From positions 13,950,001 through 14,014,000 of the forward strand of contig NC_043016.1 of assembly GCF_006345805.1 (NCBI RefSeq): 64,000 nucleotides of DNA, given 5' to 3'. This DNA is from Octopus sinensis. Taxonomy: Eukaryota. Shown here piece after piece: positions 51,375 to 64,000 of this stretch (the stretch's first letter is position 1; every line of letters starts with the position of its first letter). Both the position numbers and the translations under genes were made by a program. The notes beneath the pieces are model-generated. The model made no database searches, was not told the DNA's origin, and worked only from the letters and a program-made list of their open reading frames with translations.

Positions 51375-51706
51375 GTTATTATTATTATTTATATTAGTTT
51401 ATGACTATAACTACTTTTTGATGACTGTATCTATTTTTATTAATGTATATATTTTTAACTTTAATGGTACACCGTATTCTTCCTTTTCAATGTTTCCATT
51501 ATGCTTTAAATATGATAAATTTCTTTGTACATTCTTCCTTAGAGATATTCTCACTTGTAGTAATTAAATAAATTGATTTAGTCAAATTAAATTAAGCATT
51601 GGCTGATTTTTATGTTGCATGTGATGAAGTGAAACAATTGTAGGTCTGATATAATAATGTATTAATGAACTTTTATTAATCTTATCTTCATCTTCTCTCT
51701 TGCTTT

Positions 51707-51750
<44 letters not shown>

Positions 51751-51767
51751 TATATATATATATATAG

Positions 51768-52029
51768 CCCCGTGCTGGTGGCACATAAAAAACACCATCT
51801 GTTCGTGGCCGTTTGCCAGCTCTGTCTGGCACCTGTGCGGGTGGCACGTAAAAAGCACCCACTACACTCACAGAGTGGTTGGCATTAGGAAGGGCATCCA
51901 GCCGTAGAAACACTGCCAGATCTGACTGGGCCTGATGCAGCCTTCTGGCTTCACAGACCCCAGTTGAACCGTCCAACCCATGCTAGCATGGAAAGCGGAC
52001 GCTAAATGATGATGATGATGATGATGATG
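51768..52029 (+). mobile_element. RTE tail copy
   Basis: Tail consensus plus (GAT)n. Confidence 0.85.
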
Positions 52030-52044
52030 ATATATATATATATA

Positions 52045-54530
52045 TATATATGAGACAAGTATATCTAGCCAAGGGAGAAGCAGAATAGAAGTTTGCCAGT
52101 GTTCAGCACCATGAGGACCAACGAACTGAATTATTTCATATTGCAAGACAGTGTGACAGAAAATTGTGAAGTCATAGGAGAGAAATGTGTCCGCATGGAT
52201 GATGGTGCCCTTGCATTTAATGATTCTGCAAAGAAAGAGGCTTGGAAATGCCATTATGAAAGACTGTTGAATGTGGAGAATGAATGGGAGGAGGAGAGTC
52301 TGCCTAATTTTGACCCAACTGAGGAACCAACTATCCGAATTAACAGTACCCAGGTAGATAAAGCAATTAAGAATATGAAGACAGGGAAAGCCCCTGGCCC
52401 ATCCAAGATCACAACTGAGATGCTTAAAATATCTGGTGGTGTGGGCTATGGCTTAGTCACCCATATTGTAAAACAGGTGGCTCATGAAGGAGTTGTACCC
52501 AATGACTGGTGCAGCAGCACCATAGTCAACTGCTACAAGGATAAAGGTGATGCCTTAGATAGAAATAATTACAGGGGTATCAAATTATTGGATCAGGTGA
52601 TGAAAGTTACAGAGAGGATCATAGCCCAACTAATTAAGGAGAGAGTTAGCCTTGATGAGATGCAGTTTGGTTTTGTGCCAGGTAGAAGCACCATTGATTC
52701 TATATTTCTGGTAAGACAATTGTAAGAAAAATACCTAGCCAAAGATAAACCTCTGTACTTGGCTTTTGTTGACTTGGAGAAAGCTTTTGACAGAGTCCCC
52801 AATCCATTATCTGGTAGTCAATTCGGAAACTAGGGATAGACGAGTGGTTGGTAAGAGCTGTACAAGCCTTGTGGAGGGACATTACCAGGAAGGTGAGAGT
52901 AGACAATGGGTACTGTGAAGAGTTCAGAGTACAAGTAGGGGTTCTCCAAGGATCAATGCTCAGACCCCTCTTGTTCATCATCCAGGCAATAACAGGGGAA
53001 TTTAAGACAGGATGCTTAACTGATGCTGATGACTTTACTTTTATAGCTGAATCATTACCTGAGCAAAAGAAGTTCCTGGTATGGAAACAAAGTCTAGAAT
53101 CAAAGGGCCTTAGAGTTAACCTAGCCAAAACCAAAGTCATAGTGAGTAGGAAAGCAGATGAATCACAAATCCCTTCAGGTAGATGGCCCTGCTCAAGCTG
53201 TAGAAAAGATGTAGGTAGAAACTCCATAAGATGTACCCAGTGTAAGCTATGGACACATGAGAGGTGCAGCAATATCAAAGGAAGGCTAACTGGGAAGATA
53301 GTTTTTGTGTATGGCAGATGCACAGGGGCAATAAACACTGAAGATGTACAGAAAATAGACTCCATCAACTGCCAGGGGGGAAAGCTAGAGGTAGTAGATA
53401 GCTTCCAGTATCTAGGCAACCAGGTTACTAGTGGAGGTAGTTGTTCCAAGAGTGTAGCTGTGAGAATAAGAATAGGATGGACAAAGTTCAGAGAGCTCCT
53501 ACCCCTGTTGGCAACAAAGGGCCTCTCTCTCAGAGTGAAAGGCAGATTGTTTGATGCCTATGTCCATGGCAGTGAAACATGGGATATGACTGCTGAGGAC
53601 ATGCGTAGGCTTGAGAGAAATGAAGCCAGTAGGCTTAGCTGGATGTGCAATGTCAGTGTGCATGTTTGACAGAGTGTAAGCATCTTGAGAGAAAAGTTAG
53701 GAATCCGATGTGGTATGCAAGAGAGACAACTGCACTGGTATGGTCATGTGTTGTATATGGATGAGGACAGTTGTGTAAAGAAGTGCCAATCTCTAACTGT
53801 GGAAGGGACCTGTGGTAGAGATAGACCCAGGAAGATATGGCATGAGGCAGTAAAGCATGACTTCTAACTTTGAACCTCACAGAGGCAATGACTAGTGACT
53901 GAGACCTTTGGTGATATGCTTTGCTTAAGAGGATCCATCAAGCTAAGTGTACCTGTGCTGGTGGCACATAAAAAAATTAACTTTTGAATGTTGTATCTCA
54001 CTGAGGCAAAGTGGCTGAGCACCTTTGGAGTGTTGGGCCTCATGGAGGTAAGGTTGCTAAGTTCTTTTCAAGTACTGGACCTCATGGAGGCAAAGTGGAA
54101 GAGCTTCTGGGCTGCATGGAGGCAAATTGGCTGAGTTCCTTTTGAGTGTTGGGCCTCATGGAGGCGAGGAGGCTGAGTTTCTTTTGAGCACTGGGCTTTA
54201 CCGAGGCAGTGACCAAGACCTTTGGCATTATGTCATGCTTGAGAAAAAGACCCATCAAGCAGAGCAAAATCGCAGTCGTGGCAGATACCAGTGTCATGTA
54301 AATGGCACCTGTGTCACTGGCATTTAAAAGCACCCATTACACTCTCAGAGGAGTTGGCATTAAGAAGGGCATCCAGTCATAGAAAACTATGACAAATCAG
54401 ACTGGAGTCTGGTGTAGCCTTCCAGTGTTCCAGCCTGGTCAAACCATCCAACCCATGCCAGCATGGACAATGGACATTAAATGATGATCATGGTGATGAT
54501 AATGATGGTGATGATGATGATGATGATGAT
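52045..54530 (+). mobile_element. 5'-truncated RTE LINE, ORF2 pseudogene (RT plus C4HC3-like finger) with 3'UTR
   Basis: NYRGIKLL...QFGFVPGRSTIDSIF...FVDLEKAFDRVP, GVLQGSMLRPLLF, DADD. Stop at 52723-52725 and frameshifts. Confidence 0.95.
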
Positions 54531-54556
54531 GATACACATATATATATATATATCTA

Positions 54557-55430
54557 CTGGGTGCGGTGAATAAACTGTCATCCAAATTATGCAAGAACGA
54601 AAAAACACTGATATCTCATTTTAACAGATATATTTGCCAAAATCAGATAAAAATATTTTGAAATACTAAAGAGTAAATTTGTTCAATAAAATCGCCATTT
54701 GCTTCAACCATAACCTCCAGACAACTTGAGAATCTCCTGCAACTCTTCTGGACAGTCTCTTTGTTTAAGTTGGTGAATACTGCCATAATCCTTGCCTTCA
54801 GTTCATCTTTGGGGTTACAAGGAGTTTTGTTGGTCTCTCTTTCAATTGCACCCCACATGTAATAATGAAGAGGGTTGCAGTCTCGGAAGTTAGGTGGCCA
54901 GATGTTAGGGGTAATGTGGTGGCAGAAATTGACTGACAGCCATGACTGGGTTTTCCTGCCTGTGTGGCATGGTGCAGAGTCCTGATGCCAGACATAGGGT
55001 CTTCCAGCAGCCACCTTCTTGACCCTAGGCAACACTACCTCCTCCAGACACTTGATGAAGGCCTCCATGTTGAGTCTGTGACTGTGTGGGAAGATAAATG
55101 GAGGCATAACTTCACCATCGCAAGTGATCACTCCAAACACCATGATGTTGTTTGAATGTTTGATTTTAATCACTCTTGGTACATATCCTCAGATTGACAC
55201 CCAAACACTCTGAAATGTTCGTGTTGAAGCTTCTGGCACAAATGCCAAGCCATACAGCATGTTCTTTCCAAATTTCTGGCAGAGTGAATTGCATCATGGT
55301 ACTGTTTTTCTTATAGACAGTGCCCAACTGACCCTACTATACTGTGTAGTCAACAAAATCAAAAACAAACAATGCACATGCACAAAATTAAAAATATAAA
55401 ATGGAGACAATCTACCCGTTGCACCCTGTG
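54557..55430 (-). mobile_element. Internally deleted maT/DD37D-type Tc1-mariner element
   Basis: QDSAPCH...WPPNFRDCNPLHY has 37 residues between the second D and the mutated third D position. Imperfect TIRs (ctgggtgc / gcaccctg) near TA. Confidence 0.85.
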
Positions 55431-55966
55431 TATTATTTAAAACAGCTTCGTTCTGTCTTAGATAATACATGTAACTCCTACTAAATGTGTTGAGTGCCTG
55501 AGTGACCTTTTCTTTCATTTTTCCACTCACATTATTGTATATCTACGTGGCGCGTGGACCACTACAAGGCAGAAGCTCTCCGCCAACTTCAAGACACCTC
55601 CTTCTCCTGCCCTCTGCCCTCCGACCCCACGCCCAGCTACCAACAGATTGTGTCCTCTACTATCCATGTACATCAAATAAAAAGCAAATGGAAATTGTAG
55701 TCGTGATACCTGTGCCAGTGGCACGTAAAAAGCACCATCCGAATATGGCCAATGTTTGCCATGTGGTATTTTCCAACTAATTGTTACCCATACACTAACA
55801 TTAAACCACAACGCCATGTGATCTTCTTTGACCAATCACAGCCCACCTTACAGTAATAACAATCAATTTATGTCACTCAAATTCAAAATGGTTTACAACT
55901 AGCATCACGCTTGAAACTCAAGAATACCAATGAATTTGAATCAAACAGCTTTAATCTATATATGTG

Positions 55967-56056
<90 letters not shown>

Positions 56057-56162
56057 ATGTATGTAAGTATGTGTATATATGTATGTATGTATGTATTTAT
56101 GTTTGTATGCATGTATGTATTGCAATAAATACAGAAAATGTATTTGATGTTTAAAATTTTAT

Positions 56163-56234
56163 AAAACATACACATGTTTCAGTAAGTCAATGACAAGATT
56201 ACACAGTCTTATCAGTGTACCTCATCAGAGTTTT
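56163..56234 (-). ncRNA. Degenerate hammerhead-like motif with extended helix II
   Basis: AAAAC-t-CTGATGA-GGTA..TGATAAGA/TCTTGTCA..TACT-GAAA-C-atgt-G-TA-t-GTTTT. Confidence 0.45.
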
Positions 56235-57789
56235 GGCAAAGAATACCAAGTGTAATGTAAAGATCATTCCTTATATATTCTTGTTATGCAAATTAACTAT
56301 GACATCAATGGAGTATTGGAATACAGGGTGACAGAGTGGTTAGCAATAGAATATAGTAAGTAGAAAATAGAAGATTGAAGCAAGGAGAGTGATGGAGGCC
56401 ATGGCTTCTCTTACATACTCAGGCAGATACTGATACATATGTACACTCAGACTTAAAAGCATTCATATATATACACAATATAAAGAAGAGAAGGAAAAGA
56501 GATAATCCCAAAGCAAAGACAGCAACAACAATAACAACAACAGCCATAACAACAATGACAATACTTGAGAATTAAACAATTAATAGGCCAAAAGATAGTT
56601 CTGTTGATAGAATATGAACTGTTGACTTTTTGGGTTGGCAGATCAACAACCTAGAAGACGGTTGTCGTTATCACTAGCTTCCTAATTGGTTTGGAATACA
56701 CTTATTTTTTACGCTAATTATTAACTTGTTAACAATCAAGGTATCTATTAGATATTTCAGTGTTGACCCAGATATTTATTAAATTTGGAAAGAAGCCATA
56801 AAAGTGTTGGAATTATTTTTATGATTATTAATCTACAGATCAATTAGAGATTTTGCGCAGATAATGATTATCAAATGTTCAACTTGCAATTATATTGCAA
56901 AAGATATTTCTCATTACAGTAAGAGAGAGAGTATGCAAATATACATGAATGTGTTTGTGGATGTATGTGTGCATGTGTGTGTGTGTATGTGTGTGTGTGT
57001 GCACGTGCATGTGTGTGTATTGGCGTGTGTATGCAGGTATACACAAGTATGTGTTTGTGAATGTGCATGTGGACATGTGTGTGTGTGTGTGTGTGTATCT
57101 ATTATGAAACCCTTCTGTACTTATTCTAAAACACGCCTGAAATAAATTGATGCTTAATTCCAGTTATTATATACTTAGCTCAAACTAAATCAATGTTTCG
57201 TTAGAAAGATGAGACGCTGCTGTATGGCTGGCTTACAGTGCAAATATTATTAGATTAGTTGGAAAGTAATTCATCAATGGATCCATCGATGGAAAGAAGC
57301 GCTAAAGTGGACATCTAAAGAAAAACTTTGATAATAGATACAGATAACAGATAATAGATAATAAGACAAAGAGTCGAAGAAGCAGGAGTGAAAAGAGGAG
57401 AGGTGGGAAGTTGAAAGGAAAAGTAAAAAGACATTTTTAAAAGATGTGGGAGTGAGAAATAATAACAAGGGTTAAAATACAAGCTTAAAACCTTTTATGT
57501 AAGAGTAGATGATATTTCTAGGTACATTAGCTATGAGATAAACATTAACTGAATTATTGTTAAATTTCATTCAAAGGTGAGTGTAATCTTTTAATTATAT
57601 TAGTTAATTAGACAAAATCAGCAGTGATAGTTGTTCTTTTATCCCTTAAACTGGAAAATGAGAATTGGTGAGTGAGATGGTTCAGTGTGACTTTTCAACG
57701 TGACTGACCGTCCTCAAACATTTATGATCTCTTTCTTAACTCTGAGCCCAACTTTTACTCTGGTTTCAACTTTCCTGTACTCATTAGGT

Positions 57790-58480
57790 TTATGTTAACT
57801 TACTGGTTGAAGACCTGCCAATTCTATGCCGATATCTCTTTGCAATAAATATGCACCATTCTGATCTGTCTGAGACAGCTAAAGAAGTAACTGTTACCAC
57901 CCAGCTTGGTTTGTCCCTCACAACATCACAAAGTACTTAATCCCAAAACTGTTTACAAATGGAAGGAGTCACCAACCATGTTCCCATTCTAATTTGTGTA
58001 CATGTGCATGCACATACACGGAAATGAAAAAAGAAAAGAAGACGGAATCATGTTTATTTTCTTAATTGAAGAAATTTGAGCAATAGTTAGTCATATGAAT
58101 GTGCATAAACTTTGCAAAGAAAGACAAAAATATGCAGACAATTTCTGTATATTTCTACCACAAAAAGAACTACAGGGAATATTCATCACCGATCTTCAGC
58201 TACAAGATACTGTTGCTCGCAGAATAACTACTCTTTCAGGCAAACAAGAAAGAAAGTAATGGTTGTAACACAACTTGCAAATTCTCTCATCTCCAAACCA
58301 GTAACAAAACCTTTTTGAAGAATTCTCCCCAGATAAATATAAAGAGAAAATTTAAGAACAAAAAGAAAAAAAGATGAAGAAGTTTAACAGAAAACTTCAG
58401 TTCCAGTTAAAATAAAGAAAATACCAAGTGTAATGAAAACTTGTACAAGCCCAGTTGAAAGTATTTTACAGCTAGAAATG
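57790..58480 (+). mobile_element. hAT (Buster/SPIN/GTF2IRD2-like) transposase relic
   Basis: HKLCKERQKYAD...QDTVARRITTLS resembles the 'AK..KPF.DG...LS..TV.RRI..LS' segment of this family. Confidence 0.5.
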
Positions 58481-58594
58481 CAGAAAAGGTCAGCAGTAAC
58501 CAAATCCTTCCTATATCAACAACCAACCAGAGAAAAGGGCTGAGGGAGTATTACGAAAGTAAAATGGCAGGACCACATGTGACAGGGTAAAGTA

Positions 58595-58791
58595 TAAAAT
58601 GTATGTATGTACGTATGTGTGTGTATGTGTGTGTGTGTATATATGTATGTGTGTATGTGCATGTATGTGTATGTATGTATGTATGTGTGTATGTATGTGT
58701 GTATGTGTGCATGTATGTATGCATGCATACATGTGTGTATGCATTGTGTATGTACGTATGTGAGTGTGTATATATTATTATATATATTATA

Positions 58792-58866
<75 letters not shown>

Positions 58867-58875
58867 GTATGTATG

Positions 58876-58906
<31 letters not shown>

Positions 58907-58930
58907 ATATCATCATCATCATCTTCATCA
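58595..58930. repeat. Compound (GTAT)/(GT)/(AT)/(CAT) microsatellite
   Basis: Direct observation. Confidence 0.95.
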
Positions 58931-59620
58931 TCATCACCATCCATCCATGCTGGCATGGAATTGGATGGCTTGACAGGAGCTGATGGTTGGAGAGCTGTCC
59001 AGACTCTAACTGTCTGCTATGTCCTGGTTTCTATGGCTCGTTGCCCTTCCTAATGCCAACCACTTTACATGCCACTAGCACAAGTGCATTTTATGTGGTA
59101 CCGGCACCTGCAAGTAAAAGACCTTTCAGCTGGGAATGGGAGTGGAGACGTGGCCATAAAGGACATGCTTGTATGTATGGATGGCCACGATTCTACTTAG
59201 CTTGACATGATGGGATTGGTTGGATGGTTTGACCAGGGCTGGTCAGCTGGAAGGCTGCACCAGACTTCAGTCTGGTTTGGCATGGTTTCTACAGCTCGAT
59301 GCCCTTCCTAATGCCAACCACTCCAAAAGTGTAATCATTGATTTTATGTGCCACTAGCATAGGTGTCATTTGCGTGACACTGGTATCTGCCATGAGTGAT
59401 TTTATTCAGTGTGATGGGTCTTTTTCTCGAGCATGACATAATGCCAAAAGTCTTGAGCATTGCCTCTGAGAGGCCCAACACTCAAAAGGAACTCAGCCAC
59501 TTTGCCTCCATGAGGCCCAATGCTTGAAAGGAACTCACCTCCATGAGGCCCAACGCTCGAACGGAATTTGCCTCCATGAGGCTCAACACTCGAAAGGAAC
59601 TCAGTCACTTTGCCTCCATG
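58915..59620 (-). mobile_element. Two RTE 3'UTR copies, the second with ~20-40-bp internal repeats
   Basis: Reverse complement of the 53.9-54.5 kb UTR. Confidence 0.75.
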
Positions 59621-59634
59621 TATGTATGTATATA

Positions 59635-60603
59635 GGAAGTTAAAAGTTACAGCCATTCATAAAGTGACAATTGGTCTCACACCAATAAAGCACTTAGCAG
59701 TATAGGCAACTCATCAGTTTCAAATGGCTGAAGGCACATAACCTTTCTACAACTGGAGGAAGAAATACATAACGGTCAGTTGGTATTGTAAACAAAAAAA
59801 TAATTGTCCATGCTGTGAGTGGGATGGGGTTATCACCCTTACGTTGGCTCCAGGGTGGTGGTTTTTGAAGGAGGTGTGGCAGGACTATTCAATGATGATG
59901 GTGAATGCCAAATCTGAAGTAGGAAACATTTTAGATGAGTGCATTGACTAAATACTTCTTTCCTGGAGTTCAAAAAGATCCCCAGGTCAAGCAAGTTGTT
60001 TAGGATTCTTGCTCTCTATGCTAAGCAAAGCTTACATCATTTGCTCCTGTTTATATAAGCATCCAGTTGCTCAAGTAGCTTCCATTTAATTATGTATGGT
60101 GTTCTGTCCCCTTTTAAGCACCATATGTGGCTGACCAAGGATGTGACATTGCATCTTTCCAGTATCCTAAAAAGGTACTTGTGGTTTTTCAGATGTTGCT
60201 CAAATGGGGGCATGGTTGAACTGACATATTTTCATGTCTGTATTGGACGTGTTACCACCACTGTTGTTACATTCGTTAACTGCAGACCCAATGTCATTGT
60301 TGTTGTTGCTGGAGTTGCTGCCAGAAATTTCCAGATGTGATTCTGGTTGTTCCATTGCTGCTGCCATAGCAACTATATCCAGCCACAAAACTGGAGTTGC
60401 TGCTGCCATCATAACTGTTACCATTGTTGTCATTGCTGTTGCTTGGGCTGTTACTCTGGTCGCTGTTGTCACCGTTATGTATTTCTTCCTCCATCTGTAA
60501 AGAGGTTATGTGCCTTCAGCTATTTGAATCAACTATACTGCTAAGCACTTTATAGGTGCTAAACCAATGGTCACTCTATAACTGGCCATAACTTTTAACT
60601 TCC
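59635..60603. mobile_element. 969-bp TA-flanked element with ~140-bp TIRs
   Basis: TA|GGAAGTTAAAAGTTA...gaggaagaaatacataacgg matches the reverse complement of 60470-60603|TA. A TIR fragment also occurs near 33117-33200. Confidence 0.8.
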
Positions 60604-61089
60604 TAAAAGAAATATATTATGCTCTAATGCATGCACTCACACACGTTCACACACTCACACACACATACATACACATGTATATGTAAGCACATGCAAAAGT
60701 GTATATAAATATGTATGCATATCTATGAATGTATACACACACATATGTATACATATATGTATGTATTATATATACACATACTTTGTTTTTGTATCTGGCT
60801 TGCAAGATTCTTTATGTGAATTCGGGTGTTGAAGCAAATTATGTCATGTCTGGGGAGGGTCATATTGTCTTAATGCCTTATTATCTAACACACACACCGT
60901 TTCAATTTCCACTCATTTATTATTTATAGTTTACTTCCAAAATTTTCATTACTTTTGCAACTTTGTCAATGGCTGTTGACTCTGTCCATTATTCAATAAC
61001 TCTACTCACTATGTGTGTGAGTGAGTGCGTGCATGCATGTGTGTGTGTGTGTGTGTGTGATATATATATATATTTATAGCTACAATTAT

Positions 61090-63320
61090 CTCCACCTGCA
61101 CCCCACAAGTGGGCCTACCAAATGAACAGAAGGATCACTTTTATGATATTATGCAGGCTACCTCAAAGACAAGTGACAACGATCTCATCTTTGTGGCTAG
61201 AGATTTTAATGGGCCTGTCAGACAGCATCCTGGTATCTTCATGGTGTTCTGGGGCCATGGAATTGGTACCAGAAATGAAGAGGGAACTAAGCTCCTGGAG
61301 TTCTGTGATGCAAATAGACTATTGTTCTGCAACACCAACTTCAGAAAGCCAGCTAGTCACCTGATAGCCTATCAGTCAGGTGACTCTGCTAACCGGATTG
61401 ATTTTATTCTCACCAGACAGTGGGATGCATGGTTGCTCTTAAATGCAAAGCCCCTCCCTGGTGAAGAATGTACCCCTCGACATAGACTAGTTATTAGTGG
61501 CTTTGGACTTGAGGTTAGAAGGATGCCAAAAAACAGACCAATCTGGAAAAGAAGGACTTGGAAGCTTAGGAACCCTTCACACGGTCGAAGATTTAGGGAT
61601 ATCCTTACCAAGAAATTTGATGATAGGGAGGAGGAGCTACAGTCCTGTGACATAGAAGGCAGCTGGGAATTCCGCCATGACAGCTTGCTGAGTGCCACAA
61701 ACCAAATCTGTGGCTGGTGCAAAGTCCCTTCCAGACCTAGGGTAACATGATGGTGGAACAATACTGTAGACAGGGCCATTAGAGCAAAGAAACAGGTTTG
61801 GAATGCCTGGAAGAGTTGGGGTACCAGGAGAATGTATCAGAGAGCCAAAAGGGAGGCTAAGAGAAGGTATATATAGCCAAGGGAGTAGCAGAAAAGAAGT
61901 TTGCCAATGTTCAGCGACATGAGAACCAGAGAACTGAAGTATTTTGGATTGCAAGACAGAATGTGAGAGAAAATTGTGATGTCATAGGAGAGAAATGTGT
62001 CTATATGGCTGATGGTGCCCTTACATTTAATGATTCTGCAAAGAAAGAGGCTTGAAGATGCCATTATGAAAGACTGCTGAATGTGGAGAATGAATGGGAG
62101 GAGGAGAGTCTGCCAAAGGTTGACCCAATTGAGGGACCAACTATCCGAATCAACAGTACCCAGGTAGATAAAGCAATTAAGGATATGAAGACAGGGAAGC
62201 CCCTAGCCCATCAGGAATCACTACTAAGATGCTTAAAGTATCTGGCGGTGTGGGTTATGGTCTAGTCACCCATATTGTAAATCAGGTGGTTCATGAAGGA
62301 GTTGTACCCAATTAGTGGTGTAGCAGCACCATAGTTAACTGCTACAAGGGTAAAGGTGATGCTTTAGATAGAAATAACTACAGGGATATCAAATTGTTGG
62401 ATCAGGTGATGAAAGTTACAGAGAAAGTCATAACTCAACTAATTAGGGTGAGAGTTAGCCTAGATGAGATGCAGTTTGGCTTTATGCCAGGTAGAAGCAC
62501 CACTGATTCTATATTTCTGGTAAGGCAACTGCAGGAGAAATACCTAACCAAAGATAAACCTCTGTACTTGGAGAAAGCTTTTGACAGAGTCCCCGATCCA
62601 TTATCTGGTGGTCAATGTGGAAACTAGGGATAGAGGAGAGGCTGCTAAGAGCTGTACAAGCTCTGTACAAGGATACTGTCAGTAAGGTGAGGGCTGGCAA
62701 CGAGTATAGTGAAGAATTCCGAGTATAAGTAGGGGTTCACCAAGGATCAGTCCTCAGCCCCCTCTTATTCATTATAGTTCTCCAGGCAATAAAAGGAATT
62801 CAAGACAGGATGCCCCTGGGAGCTCTGCTATGCTGATGACATTGCTCTAATAGCCGAGTCACTGTCAGAATTGGAGACAAAGTTTAGGGTGTGGAAGCAA
62901 GGTCTAGAATCGAAGGGCCTTAGTGTTAACTTAGCAAAAACCAAAGTCTTAGCAGGTAGGAAGGCTGCCAAATCATAATATCCTTCAGGGAGATGGCCTA
63001 CTCGATCTGTAGAAAAGGCATGGGTAGAAATTCCATACGATGCACCAAGTGTAAGCTATGGACACATAAGAGGTGCAGCAATATCAAAGGAAGGTTAACC
63101 AGGAAAATAGACTTTGTGTGTGGCAGATGCACAGGGCAATAAACACTGAAGATGTACAGAAAACAAATTCCATCACATACCAGGAGAAGAAACTAGAAGT
63201 AATTAATAGCTTCTGCTACCTAGGTGACCAAGTCTGTAGTAGGGGTGGTTGCTCTGAGAGTGTAGCAACTAGAGTAAGAATAACCTGGGCCAAGTTCAGG
63301 GAGCTAAATCTGGCAAATAA
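61090..63320 (+). mobile_element. RTE LINE ORF2 pseudogene (APE plus RT plus C4HC3-like finger), truncated
   Basis: ARDFNG, GIGTRNEEGTKLLEFC, NRIDFIL (APE); GVHQGSVLSPLLF, CYADD (RT); CTKCKLWTHKRC...FVCGRC. Many frameshifts. Confidence 0.95.
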
Positions 63321-63329
63321 GGCTGAAAG

Positions 63330-63924
<595 letters not shown>

Positions 63925-64000
63925 ATGTATGTATGTGTGTGTGTGTGTGTATTTATATCATCATCATCATCGTCATTGTTTTATGTCTGCTTTCCATACT

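Noticed and set aside
55788-58471. Phase-compatible chain of minus-strand micro-exons (58425-58471, 57804-57878, 57237-57301, 56415-56451, 55788-55846)
   Set aside because: GTAAG-type donors are expected about once per kb by chance here, two acceptors are weak, and the product is unrecognisable. The two upstream pieces overlap a plus-strand hAT-like relic. Spliced RNA-seq would be decisive.
60200-60544. Asn/Ser/Gln-rich ORFs
   Set aside because: Low-complexity interior of a TIR-bounded element, with stops in the flanking frames.

Overview
AT-rich animal genomic DNA saturated with repeats. The repeat families (RTE LINEs with (GAT)n tails, tRNA-derived SINEs, very dense microsatellites) suggest a coleoid cephalopod, most likely Octopus; this is inference. 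I could not identify a host protein-coding gene. Almost every ORF in the track is a degenerate transposon fragment, its antisense, or a translated microsatellite. The window holds RTE, R4/Dong-like, CRE-like, CR1/L2-like, Tx1/L1-like and Penelope-like retroelement relics, mariner, maT, hAT and piggyBac-type DNA transposons, two non-autonomous Helitrons and many fold-back structures. Two signals stand out. (1) Minimal type-I hammerhead-ribozyme-like motifs recur, best preserved in a ~311-bp retrozyme-like unit arranged in tandem and inverted orientation at 14.47-15.11 kb. (2) A 2028-bp Tx1/L1-type retroposon with a 14-bp TSD encodes only ORF1 (half-LINE-like) and sits inside a SINE tRNA head at 20.95-22.98 kb. 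All calls were made by eye. Coordinates of degenerate elements are approximate.
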